64,000 nt of DNA from Parcubacteria group bacterium (GTDB lineage: Bacteria; Patescibacteriota; Minisyncoccia; Phycocordibacterales; CSBR16-119). This document shows positions 18,625 through 27,442 of the stretch, piece by piece. How positions within the stretch are numbered: the stretch's first letter is position 1; each line of letters begins with the position of its first letter. A model generated the notes under the pieces. That model worked only from the letters and a program-made list of their open reading frames with translations, did not search any database and was not told where the DNA came from. The stretch lies in NCBI GenBank assembly GCA_943356745.1, contig CALRFT010000002.1, forward strand, positions 7,124-71,123, read 5' to 3'. The translations under genes and the position numbers were made by a program.

Positions 18625-18671
18625 GAAAACCTGATGTCCGCTTATCATCTTTCTGGTTAGACGATAGGGCC
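18625..18671 (-). pseudogene. Partial tandem copy of the tRNA-Glu 5' half (acceptor 5' strand to anticodon stem) with an altered D-loop
   Basis: gaaaacctgatgtcc...ggttagacgatagggcc matches 18543-18578 but carries a 15-nt replacement in the D-loop region. No T-arm or 3' acceptor strand. Confidence 0.5.
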
Positions 18672-18816
18672 TTAAAAATCAATCCAAGATTGACGAAAAA
18701 TAGTATAGCATATTTTATAGGCTTTGCAAGATAAAAATACTTTAGTTTTTCCATTAATTCACTAGAAAAACAAAGACTAGTCAATACTAGCTGTTTTTGC
18801 TACAATCGTCCCGTAT

Positions 18817-19998
18817 ATGAAAATCCTCGCAATAGAAACAAGCTGTGATGAAACAGCACTTTCGATACTGGAAATAGAGGGCGACAAACAATCGCCCGTC
18901 TTTCGTATTCTTGCAGATGAAACACACAGCCAGATTGCTCTTCATGCGGAATTTGGAGGTGTCTTCCCCACTCTTGCAAAACGAGAACATGCAAAAAATA
19001 TTCCAGTGATTCTCGAAAAGGTTTTGAAAGATGCAAAGCTTTTTGAATCAGGAGAAACAGAATTTGATACTGAAAAAATGAATAGTATCCTTGAAAGAGA
19101 ACCAGAACTTCTTGCAACAATTTCTTCTTTTTTGAGAAATACAAAGAAACCAGAGATTGATCATATTGTAGTTACAAGCGGACCTGGTCTTGAGCCGACA
19201 CTTTGGATTGGAATCATGTTTGCGCGAGCTCTTTCGCTTGCTTGGAATATTAGAGTGACGCCAGTAAACCACATGGAAGGTCATCTTCTTTCTGTTTTGA
19301 TTGATAGTACTCAAGAAGAAGACAAAACAATCAATCTTACAGAAATTCAATTTCCCGTACTTGGAGTTCTTATTTCTGGAGGACATACAGAGTTTGTAGT
19401 GATTGAAAAGATTGGATCATATAAAAAGATTGGACAAACTGTCGATGATGCGGTCGGAGAAGCATTTGACAAGGTTGCGAGAATTCTCGATCTTCCCTAT
19501 CCAGGTGGACCAAAAATTTCAAAACTCGCACTCGAAGGAAAAAAAAATGAACTGGTAAAACTTCCCCGCCCTATGATTGCAACTCCAGACTACAATCTTT
19601 CTTTTTCAGGACTCAAAACAGCAGTGCTTTATCTTTCAAAAAAATTACAAGAACAAAATTTGTGGAATGAAGAAACAAAGCAAGATATTGCAAGAGAATT
19701 TGAACACGCTTGTGCTGAGGTTTTGACAAGCAAAGCAAAGAAAGCTATCAAAGAGTTTGATATTCAAAGTCTTGTGATTGGTGGTGGCGTAGCAGCAAAT
19801 ACCCACATTCGAAATGAATTTTCAAAACTTGGAATTCCACTTCTTCTTCCAAAACATAAACTTGCAACAGACAACTCAATCATGATTGCAATTGCTGGAT
19901 ATTTTGAAATCTCACAAGGTAAAGAATCATATTTGTACGGCACAGAAAAAACACCAGACGAAATAAAGGCAAATGGAAATTGGAGTGTGGATGCATAA
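18817..19998 (+). CDS. tsaD: tRNA N6-adenosine threonylcarbamoyltransferase TsaD (Kae1/YgjD family)
   Basis: MKILAIETSCDETALSIL, VVTSGPGLEPTLWIG, and GG..AN..IR C-terminal motifs. Confidence 0.85.
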   Translation: MKILAIETSCDETALSILEIEGDKQSPVFRILADETHSQIALHAEFGGVFPTLAKREHAKNIPVILEKVLKDAKLFESGETEFDTEKMNSILEREPELLATISSFLRNTKKPEIDHIVVTSGPGLEPTLWIGIMFARALSLAWNIRVTPVNHMEGHLLSVLIDSTQEEDKTINLTEIQFPVLGVLISGGHTEFVVIEKIGSYKKIGQTVDDAVGEAFDKVARILDLPYPGGPKISKLALEGKKNELVKLPRPMIATPDYNLSFSGLKTAVLYLSKKLQEQNLWNEETKQDIAREFEHACAEVLTSKAKKAIKEFDIQSLVIGGGVAANTHIRNEFSKLGIPLLLPKHKLATDNSIMIAIAGYFEISQGKESYLYGTEKTPDEIKANGNWSVDA

Positions 19999-20000
19999 AT

Positions 20001-20040
20001 AAAAAAGGCCCGAAGCGAAGCTTCGGGCCTTTTTGCTTTT
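20001..20040. terminator. Bidirectional terminator between tsaD (+) and the aspartokinase-like gene (-)
   Basis: aaaaaaggcccgaagcgaagcttcgggccttttt. Confidence 0.6.
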
Positions 20041-21016
20041 AATGAACAATAGAATGAGCAAGAATCTTAGGCGCTTCTGTTGACTGATAAATAGTCACAG
20101 CTTTTTCCGATACAATCATCTCAAAAGATGGGTCGTTTTTGCACAAAATTCGAAAAGGAATTTGGTATTTCTGATACATCTTAACAGCGGCCACATGAAT
20201 ATATGGCTGTTGCCCTTCAAACTGCGTCGAGAGAAACTCTTTGTACGAAACAGTTCTTTTTCCTTTTACAAAACCCTTAATACCTTCGAATGGTTTCTCC
20301 TTGTAATAAGTAGAACTGGGATAAATACCAGATTTAAACAATTCACAAGCTGCAATCGCAGCTGTTGTGTCCGAACCATTTCTGCCAAGATTTTGATGTT
20401 TAGCAGCAATGTACCCTTCCATAATAACTCGACTACCTCGAAAGCGATCAATTCGACCTCTCATTTTTTCACTCGTAAGACTTTCTTCAAGTCGTCCTTC
20501 ACTATCAACAAAGATAGATGTTGCTGAATTAAGGTGGTGAAAAATTCTAGATGAGTCAGCGTTTTGATTGAGATACTGTCCCACGATTTCGCGAGAAACA
20601 ATTTCTCCAAAAGAAGTAAGTCCATTTACAAATTCTTGATCAGAAAGATCTGAAAGAAATCCATCTTTCTTTTTCATAAAGAAATCATGAGATCGAGCAA
20701 AAGAAGAAATTTTTGAAGTATTCAATTCAAGTTCACCACAAATGCTTCTGTGAGGGTTGATAAACTCTTTTTCGAAAAGATTCTCGGACTCTATCCAACT
20801 TCTTGTAAGTGCAATATGTGCAATCTCTTCAAGTTTTGAGGTAACGCCAGACATAGCACTTACAACTAAAAAATGAACATCATTCTCCTCAATAACTTTC
20901 TTGAGGTGTTTGATATCATGAGAACATGAAAGACTTGCTCCACCATATTTCATAATGGGTAGAGTTTGATCATTTCTAAATACTTTCCAGGGTTTTTCTT
21001 GATACTCTTTAAACAT
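20039..21016 (-). CDS. Aspartokinase-like amino-acid kinase, catalytic domain only (no obvious ACT domains)
   Basis: MKYGGASL and VVSAMSGVT near the N-terminus. LGRNGSDTTAAIAACEL matches the aspartokinase LGRGGSDTTA motif. Confidence 0.55.
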   Translation of the reverse strand: MFKEYQEKPWKVFRNDQTLPIMKYGGASLSCSHDIKHLKKVIEENDVHFLVVSAMSGVTSKLEEIAHIALTRSWIESENLFEKEFINPHRSICGELELNTSKISSFARSHDFFMKKKDGFLSDLSDQEFVNGLTSFGEIVSREIVGQYLNQNADSSRIFHHLNSATSIFVDSEGRLEESLTSEKMRGRIDRFRGSRVIMEGYIAAKHQNLGRNGSDTTAAIAACELFKSGIYPSSTYYKEKPFEGIKGFVKGKRTVSYKEFLSTQFEGQQPYIHVAAVKMYQKYQIPFRILCKNDPSFEMIVSEKAVTIYQSTEAPKILAHSIVH

Positions 21017-21138
21017 AAAAAGAACTTTTTTAGGGTGTTTATATAATTTGTATTGTATTTCAAATCAATACTACATTATTTTTCAGTAGTGTCAACTACA
21101 TTGAAAAAAGCTCAAAAATAAGGTATTGTGGAGAAGTT

Positions 21139-23301
21139 ATGGCAATAGATGAAAAATTTTTAAGCGGATACGAACCGCACAAATATGAGGGTGATATCTA
21201 CAAGACTTGGGAAGAGTCAGGATTTTTCAATCCTGATGTTTGTATTGAAAAAGGTGTCGTCTCAGAAGATGCTGAAAAATTTTCTATTGTTCTTCCCCCA
21301 CCAAACGTGACAGGGACACTTCACACAGGACATGCTTCAATGCTTGCAATCCAAGACACGATGGTACGTTTTGCTCGTATGAAAGGATTCAAAACTCTTT
21401 GGCTTCCTGGAACAGACCACGCGGCAATTGCAACTCAATCAAAAGTTGAAAAACTTTTGGAAAAAGATGGGATTCGAAAACATGATCTAGGTCGAGAGGA
21501 ATTCTTGAAACGAGTTGAACAATTTGCACAAGATTCTCACGATACTATTGTTTCGCAGTGTCGAGCAATGGGATCTTCACTCGACTGGTCACGAGAAGCG
21601 TACACACTCGACAAAACACGCCACAAGGCTGTATTTCTTGCATTTAAAAAAATGTATGAGGATGGACTCATCTACCGAAAACACCGAATCGTAAACTGGG
21701 ATCCAAAAGGACAAACAACAATCTCAGATGATGAAGTGGTGCGAGAAGATAGAAAAGGAATGATGTATACATTTAAATACTCTCACGATTTCCCGTTCCC
21801 TATCGCAACAACTCGTCCAGAAACAAAACTTGGTGATACAGCTGTTGCTGTGCATCCAGAAGATTCACGATACAAGGACTATATCGGAAAAGAATATTCT
21901 TTTAATTTTGCAGGTGAAGATGTAACAGTTCGAATTGTTGCTGATGAAGCTGTGGATCCAGAATTTGGCGTGGGAGCACTTGGAGTAACTCCAGCACACA
22001 GTCAAACAGACTGGGAAATAGCAGAGCGTCACAATCTTCCTGTAAAACAAGTTATCAACGAATACGGAAAAATGATGGTTGGAATGGAAGGTGTTCGCGA
22101 TGTGAAAGTTGAGCAAGCTCGAAAAGCTGTTGTGGAATGGCTTCGAAGTGAAGGACTTTTGATGGAAGAAAAAGAAATCGACCAAAGTGTGGGGACAGCA
22201 GAGCGGACAGGAGCAGTTATCGAACCACTTCCAAAAATGCAATGGTGGATTGATGTAAACAAGCCAATCAAAGACGGAAAATCTTTGAAAAACCTCATGC
22301 TCGATGTTGTGCGAGATGGAAACATAGAAATTCTTCCAGAGCGATTTGAAAAAGTATATTTCCACTGGATTGAAAACTTGCGAGATTGGAATATTTCACG
22401 ACAAATTTGGTATGGTCACAGAATCCCAGCTTGGTACAAAGAAGGAGAAACACAAATCTCAATAACTTCACCGGGTGGAAATTGGATTCAAGATGAGGAC
22501 ACACTCGATACATGGTTTTCTTCAGGACTTTGGACCTTCTCTACCCTTCTTGATCCTGAAAAATATGAAGAAGATTTCAAAGTATGGCTTAAAAATTCAC
22601 GAGATGGAATCTATCACCCAACAACTGTTCTTGAAACTGGATATGACATTATTTTCTTCTGGGTAGCTCGAATGATTCTCATGACAACCTACCTAACAGA
22701 TGAAATTCCTTTCAAGACAGTATATCTTCACGGACTTGTGCGAGATAAACAAGGACGAAAGATGTCAAAATCTCTGGGAAATATTATTGACCCAGTAGAT
22801 GTCATCAAAGATTCTGGAGCAGACGCACTTCGAATGGCGCTGATAGTTGGAATCGGACCTGGTGCTGACAACAACCTTTCAGATGACAAAATCAAAGCAT
22901 ATAGAAAGTTTGCAAACAAAATCTGGAATGCATCTCGGTTTGTTTTGGAAAATATCGAAGGAACAAATCTTTCAGATATTCCAGAACTGCAAGACTCTCA
23001 CAAAGCATACATTGAAGAATGGAAGACTCTTGTACAAGAAATCACAAAAGAAATGGAGGAATACAAGTTGTATCTTGTAGGAGAAAAACTGTATCATTTC
23101 TTCTGGCACCGATTTGCTGATGTTGTAATTGAAGAATGTAAAAAAGATTTGAATGAATCTTCCAAATACACACTTCTATTTCTTCTTACAGAGCAACTCA
23201 AAGCACTTCATCCTTTCATGCCGTTTATTACTGAAGAAATTTGGAAATCTCTTGAAAATAAAGATTCTGAACTTCTCATGGTTTCAAAATGGCCAAACTA
23301 A
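21139..23301 (+). CDS. valS: Valyl-tRNA synthetase (short form)
   Basis: PPPNVTGTLHTGHA (class I HIGH region typical of ValS), KMSKS, and a short C-terminal helical region. Confidence 0.85.
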   Translation: MAIDEKFLSGYEPHKYEGDIYKTWEESGFFNPDVCIEKGVVSEDAEKFSIVLPPPNVTGTLHTGHASMLAIQDTMVRFARMKGFKTLWLPGTDHAAIATQSKVEKLLEKDGIRKHDLGREEFLKRVEQFAQDSHDTIVSQCRAMGSSLDWSREAYTLDKTRHKAVFLAFKKMYEDGLIYRKHRIVNWDPKGQTTISDDEVVREDRKGMMYTFKYSHDFPFPIATTRPETKLGDTAVAVHPEDSRYKDYIGKEYSFNFAGEDVTVRIVADEAVDPEFGVGALGVTPAHSQTDWEIAERHNLPVKQVINEYGKMMVGMEGVRDVKVEQARKAVVEWLRSEGLLMEEKEIDQSVGTAERTGAVIEPLPKMQWWIDVNKPIKDGKSLKNLMLDVVRDGNIEILPERFEKVYFHWIENLRDWNISRQIWYGHRIPAWYKEGETQISITSPGGNWIQDEDTLDTWFSSGLWTFSTLLDPEKYEEDFKVWLKNSRDGIYHPTTVLETGYDIIFFWVARMILMTTYLTDEIPFKTVYLHGLVRDKQGRKMSKSLGNIIDPVDVIKDSGADALRMALIVGIGPGADNNLSDDKIKAYRKFANKIWNASRFVLENIEGTNLSDIPELQDSHKAYIEEWKTLVQEITKEMEEYKLYLVGEKLYHFFWHRFADVVIEECKKDLNESSKYTLLFLLTEQLKALHPFMPFITEEIWKSLENKDSELLMVSKWPN

Positions 23302-23304
23302 TAT

Positions 23305-23332
23305 AAAAAATCCCCAAACATGGGGGTTTTTT
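23305..23332 (+). terminator. Rho-independent terminator after valS
   Basis: aaaaaatccccaaacatgggggtttttt. Confidence 0.6.
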
Positions 23333-23465
23333 ATTGTGGCCATGTATCAAGTGTATATTATGTCGCCAGCGGGTGGGTTTGGCTGGGGCGCAAGACAGAA
23401 TATACACTTGATACAAATACAAACTTTCAACAAAAGAAAAATAAACTTTCTGATACAATAAACCT

Positions 23466-24179
23466 ATGCAGAATTTTGATTATCAAACGATTGGAATAGC
23501 ACTTCTCGGTGGACTCATTCCTGCTTTCATATGGCTTTGGTTTTGGCTCAAAGAAGATAGCGCCAACCCAGAACCAAAAGGACTTCTTCTTCTCACATTC
23601 ATTGGTGGAATACTTTCTGTTTTTGCTGTTTTGCCACTCCAAAGACTTACAGAAGGTCTCCTCCCTGACGGAACCACTAGAATGGTAGTGTGGGCTGGAA
23701 TAGAAGAAGTTGTAAAATATCTTTTTGTGGCAATGATTGCTCTTCGTTCACGTCACTGTGACGAACCAGTAGACTTTGCGATTTACATGATCACAGGCGC
23801 TCTTGGTTTTGCAGCGCTCGAAAATGCCCTCTTCCTTCTTGATCCTGTGAGTCTACAAGATTCAGTTGTAAGTTTACTCACAGGAAATCTACGGTTTATT
23901 GGTTCAATGCTTCTTCATGCAGTTGCTTCAGGTGTTATCGGTATGGCGATGGGTTTTGCGTATTACAAAAATTTTGCAAGACGAGAATTTGCATTATTCA
24001 CAGGAATAGTACTCTCCATCGCATTGCACAGCGCTTTCAATTACTTTATAATTAACAGTAGTCAAAATGTATTTTCGGTATTCACACTACTCTGGATTGT
24101 GACAATTGTATTTATATTCTTATTCGAATTATTAAGAAGATTAAGTGGTCGAAATTATAGACCAAGATTTGAACACTAA
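23466..24179 (+). CDS. PrsW-family intramembrane metalloprotease-like protein
   Basis: Multi-pass membrane protein with an EExxK motif (AGIEEVVKY), a His-containing helix (LLHAVASG) and HSAFN, as in the PrsW/CPBP family. Confidence 0.55.
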   Translation: MQNFDYQTIGIALLGGLIPAFIWLWFWLKEDSANPEPKGLLLLTFIGGILSVFAVLPLQRLTEGLLPDGTTRMVVWAGIEEVVKYLFVAMIALRSRHCDEPVDFAIYMITGALGFAALENALFLLDPVSLQDSVVSLLTGNLRFIGSMLLHAVASGVIGMAMGFAYYKNFARREFALFTGIVLSIALHSAFNYFIINSSQNVFSVFTLLWIVTIVFIFLFELLRRLSGRNYRPRFEH

Positions 24180-24181
24180 TT

Positions 24182-24703
24182 ATGTTTAAAAGAAAAAAAT
24201 CACTATTGAGTAGAATAACAGGACGTCTTCGAATGGATGATGACGTGTATGAAGATGACGATATCCAAGACGAGGACGACATCGACACAATCGTAGACAC
24301 AAATCGGTCTATCCGAATTACACCAAATGATGGAGGTGGAAACGATTCACCAGCATGGGCAGATGAAGAAGAATCCGCAGAACTTTCACTTGATTTGTTC
24401 GATAATGGAAAAGAAATTATTGTTCAAACTATGGTTGCAGGAGTTCGTCCGGAAGATTTATCTATCGACATAAGACGCGACTCAATCACAATCGAAGGAA
24501 GCCGAAAAGAAGCTCACACGACAAAAGAAAATAACTATGTTGTACGTGAACTCTACTGGGGATCATTTTCAAGAACAATGGATCTCCCAGAAGAAGTTGA
24601 TCCAGATCTTGCAGAGGCAACAGAAAAACATGGACTTCTTGTGATCCGCCTTCCAAAAATCGATAAAGGAAAGCAAAAGAAAGTTAAGGTTAAATCGATA
24701 TAA
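24182..24703 (+). CDS. Hsp20/alpha-crystallin small heat-shock protein with an acidic N-terminal extension
   Basis: The alpha-crystallin domain pattern ...VDIRRDSITIEGSRKE...RELYWGSFSRTMDLPEEVDPD...LLVIRLPK is typical of IbpA/Hsp20. Confidence 0.75.
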   Translation: MFKRKKSLLSRITGRLRMDDDVYEDDDIQDEDDIDTIVDTNRSIRITPNDGGGNDSPAWADEEESAELSLDLFDNGKEIIVQTMVAGVRPEDLSIDIRRDSITIEGSRKEAHTTKENNYVVRELYWGSFSRTMDLPEEVDPDLAEATEKHGLLVIRLPKIDKGKQKKVKVKSI

Positions 24704-24740
24704 AAAAGAAAAAGCACGGAATTTTCTCCGTGCTTTTTTA
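24703..24740. terminator. Palindromic terminator hairpin (copy A) after the hsp20 gene
   Basis: aaaaagaaaaagcacggaattttctccgtgctttttta. Confidence 0.55.
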
Positions 24741-24742
24741 CC

Positions 24743-25231
24743 CTAATTTTGCAACAAATTGATTTCAAAGAAAAGATAGTCGTCTTTATAAAACAGTGAA
24801 GCATACCCTCCCCAAATTTTATTTATGGCTTCAATCTTTTTTGCGACAGATTCTTTTCGTTTTATACCTGTCATATCTTCAAGACTAGGGATAAAAAGTT
24901 GTGTCTCAATGATACCAGAATTCATTCCGCTGAAACAAGCATCATTGATAAGTCTTTCCAAAAGACTTATCTTTCTACCATCTTCAGGGAAATTAGGGTC
25001 TGAAGAGTGCCAATGCTTATGTTTTAGAATTTTCTTTTGTGAAGGAGTTAGGTCTTCAAGTAAGCGCTCCATAGCGATTCCGTAGACAGCTTTTCGAAGT
25101 TTGTTATGAAGATTTGCACTTCCTTGAAAATACTGAAACATTCTTGATTGAGTAAGCAACACAGTTAGTCGTTCCATGATTATATAATTTTGATTTGTAT
25201 ATGTTTTACTATAAAACACGCTGAAAAACAA
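24743..25231 (-). CDS. Hypothetical protein. An alternative start at MERL gives 144 aa. Flanked by two near-identical terminator hairpins.
   Basis: ORF only. No recognisable motif. Confidence 0.35.
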   Translation of the reverse strand: MFFSVFYSKTYTNQNYIIMERLTVLLTQSRMFQYFQGSANLHNKLRKAVYGIAMERLLEDLTPSQKKILKHKHWHSSDPNFPEDGRKISLLERLINDACFSGMNSGIIETQLFIPSLEDMTGIKRKESVAKKIEAINKIWGGYASLFYKDDYLFFEINLLQN

Positions 25232-25242
25232 GGCAGTTGAAA

Positions 25243-25280
25243 ATCGAGATAAAAAGAAAAAGCACGGAGAATTCTCCGTG
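25243..25280. terminator. Palindromic terminator hairpin (copy B, near-identical to 24703-24740)
   Basis: aaaaagaaaaagcacggagaattctccgtgctttttta. Confidence 0.55.
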
Positions 25281-25285
25281 CTTTT

Positions 25286-25740
25286 TTAAGTAAAGGACAA
25301 ACTACCCGCTTTAGCAGTATTTACACATGTTGAGTATTCTCTTTCCGCAAGTCTGGAAAGTTCCCGTAAGCTTGTTTCTGGCTTTGTAAAAATTTTCAGA
25401 TAAACCAACAATGATAATATTTTTGAAAATTTTAACTCCTCTAACTCTGAAAAGTCTTTTATAACCCACTCATGACCATTGTCAGGCATTGGAACATATT
25501 TTTGAACCAAGTAAACAAAAGGGCTAGAATTTAAATGTAACATTAAATGGACCTCATAATAACCAGAACTATCACCACCGTCGCCAAAAGCATGACCTAT
25601 CTCAATCAGACCATCACTCTCTGCAACGTGGCTGATTTTTAAAAAAAATCATTATTCTTAAAAAATTCATTTTTAATAAAACCATTCTTTTCCAAAAGAA
25701 TTTTTATCTCCTCACTTCTTTTCATATTTTCTTCAAACAT
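25286..25740 (-). pseudogene. Hypothetical gene apparently interrupted by a frameshift at an A8/T8 homopolymer (25641-25648). The 33-aa N-terminal ORF and the 85-aa ORF would fuse with one extra base.
   Basis: Minus-strand ATG at 25740 sits 2 nt after tRNA-Arg. That ORF stops inside the T8 run. The downstream 85-aa frame is open back to the run with no internal Met. Confidence 0.35.
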
Positions 25741-25741
25741 G

Positions 25742-25813
25742 TGTCTTCGGCGGGAATCGAACCTGCAATAACTCCTTAGGACGGAGCAGTTATATCCATT
25801 TAACTACGAAGAC
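25742..25813 (-). tRNA. tRNA-Arg (anticodon CCT)
   Basis: GTCTTCG-TA-GTTA-AATGGATA-TAAC-T-GCTCC-GTCCTAA-GGAGT-TATT-GCAGG-TTCGATT-CCCGC-CGAAGAC-A. One A-C mismatch in the T-stem. Confidence 0.7.
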
Positions 25814-25841
25814 TTTATTCTGTGGAAAGGTATTTCCACTT

Positions 25842-26711
25842 TTGCATTGTATAATAGAGTTTGTAATGCACGCAAGACGCACAAAGAAAAAAGAAAAAAT
25901 TGCACTCATCCTTGCTGGAGGTGGAATGACTACAAGTTATATCGTAGGTTCTTTACTTGCACTCAAGAAAAAATATAAGATGACTCCTGATATTATCATT
26001 GCAGGATCTGGAAGTGCTGGAACTGCGAGTTTTTTTGTTTCAGAGCAATTCAACACTGGAATCAAAAAAGTCTGGCTGAAAGAAATCCTCAATCCAAAAT
26101 TTATATCAGGAAAAGGTTTCTTCAAAAAAATTGATATTGATTTTCTCATTGATGAAATCTTTCGTAAAAAAACAAAACTCAATACAGAAAAAATCCACGC
26201 ATCTTCTACGACTCTCGTAATTCCAATGGTTGATGCAAAATCTGGGAAACTTAAGTATTTTACAAATCATGACAAAGTAGATTGGTTTGAAGTACTTCGC
26301 GCAGCAAAAGCTATACCAATTTTTTACAACAAAGATGTCAAAATTGGAACGAGAACATATCATGACTCACATCTTTCGGCTTCTCCAGAAACACATACAA
26401 AACTTGCTCGAAAAATCGGCGCTACAAAGATAATAAGTATTCACTGTTCTGACATAGCACTTCGTCTTGAAACAGACCTTATTGAATCAGTTTGGTTTTG
26501 GATGAAAAAAGATAGAGCATTCAGAAAAAATTATTACAAAATAAATCAGATTCAAGAAAGTATTGGAGATGACACATTTTTAATTTTCCCCTCACGAAAA
26601 CCTTTTGCAAATCTTCTAGATACAAAATATGACGATATTGTCGACACTATCGAGCTGGGTTACAATGACATTATTACAAACAAACCTCTTGAGAGGTTTA
26701 TAAAAAATTAA
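25842..26711 (+). CDS. Possible patatin-like/alpha-beta hydrolase family protein
   Basis: Gly-rich motif ALILAGGGMTTSY and AGSGSAG near the N-terminus resemble a patatin oxyanion hole and nucleophile elbow. This is weak. Confidence 0.35.
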   Translation: MHCIIEFVMHARRTKKKEKIALILAGGGMTTSYIVGSLLALKKKYKMTPDIIIAGSGSAGTASFFVSEQFNTGIKKVWLKEILNPKFISGKGFFKKIDIDFLIDEIFRKKTKLNTEKIHASSTTLVIPMVDAKSGKLKYFTNHDKVDWFEVLRAAKAIPIFYNKDVKIGTRTYHDSHLSASPETHTKLARKIGATKIISIHCSDIALRLETDLIESVWFWMKKDRAFRKNYYKINQIQESIGDDTFLIFPSRKPFANLLDTKYDDIVDTIELGYNDIITNKPLERFIKN

Positions 26712-26717
26712 TACGAT

Positions 26718-26990
26718 ATGGAACACGACGATTCTCTACTTCGAGAAATACATAAACTTGCAAAGGAAAACAATACCATGCTTCATAGACTTGATCGAGA
26801 AGCAAAACGAGCACGTTTTTGGAAAACACTGCGACTTATAGTAATGGCGGGACTTTTGTTTGGTGCATACTACCTCATTCAACCTTTCATTGAAAATCTT
26901 ACAAGTGCATATGCTTCAATCCAAGAAAGCTTTGCCCAATTACAAGAAACAAAAGATTCTTTGTCAAACTTTGGGAATTCCCTTCGATAG
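26718..26990 (+). CDS. Hypothetical small membrane protein
   Basis: 90 aa with one TM helix (LRLIVMAGLLFGAYYLI). Confidence 0.3.
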   Translation: MEHDDSLLREIHKLAKENNTMLHRLDREAKRARFWKTLRLIVMAGLLFGAYYLIQPFIENLTSAYASIQESFAQLQETKDSLSNFGNSLR

Positions 26991-27030
26991 CTTGAAAAAA
27001 ACAACCTAATAGGTTATTATATTATCTGTT

Positions 27031-27103
27031 GCTCGGGTAGCTCAGATGGTTAGAGCATTCGCCTGAAGAGCGAAGGGTCGGCAGTTCGAGTCTGCCCCCG
27101 AGC
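27031..27103 (+). tRNA. tRNA-Phe (anticodon GAA)
   Basis: GCTCGGG-TA-GCTC-AGATGGTTA-GAGC-A-TTCGC-CTGAAGA-GCGAA-GGGTC-GGCAG-TTCGAGT-CTGCC-CCCGAGC-A. Confidence 0.9.
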
Positions 27104-27119
27104 ACAGAATAAACCATAA

Positions 27120-27150
27120 AGAAAAACCGCTGAAAGGCGGTTTTTCTTTA
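27120..27150. terminator. Bidirectional terminator after tRNA-Phe (+) and the glutaredoxin gene (-)
   Basis: gaaaaaccgctgaaaggcggtttttc within a longer palindrome at 27111-27156. Confidence 0.6.
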
Positions 27151-27155
27151 TGGTT

Positions 27156-27398
27156 TTACATTCCAATCATTTCTCGGACTTTTGCCTCGCTAAATCCAAT
27201 GAGGATTTCATCACCTATTTTTATAACCGGAACTCCCATTTGACCTGTGATTTCAATCATCTCTTGTCGCTTTTCTGCGTCTTCTGCAACGTTAAAATCT
27301 TTATAGGCAACCCCATTATTTTGGAAAAAGGCCTTTGCCATTTGGCAGTAGTGACATGCTGAGGTGCTGTAAATAGTTACTTCTTTTTGATTATCCAT
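27156..27398 (-). CDS. Glutaredoxin-like protein
   Basis: 80 aa. TIYSTSACHYCQMAK (CxxC active site in glutaredoxin/NrdH context) and the GVP...P..I motif GQMGVPVIKIGDEILIGFSE. Confidence 0.7.
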   Translation of the reverse strand: MDNQKEVTIYSTSACHYCQMAKAFFQNNGVAYKDFNVAEDAEKRQEMIEITGQMGVPVIKIGDEILIGFSEAKVREMIGM

Positions 27399-27442
27399 AA
27401 TTTAGAAATATATTTATTGAGTAATAAAAGTATTATATCAAA

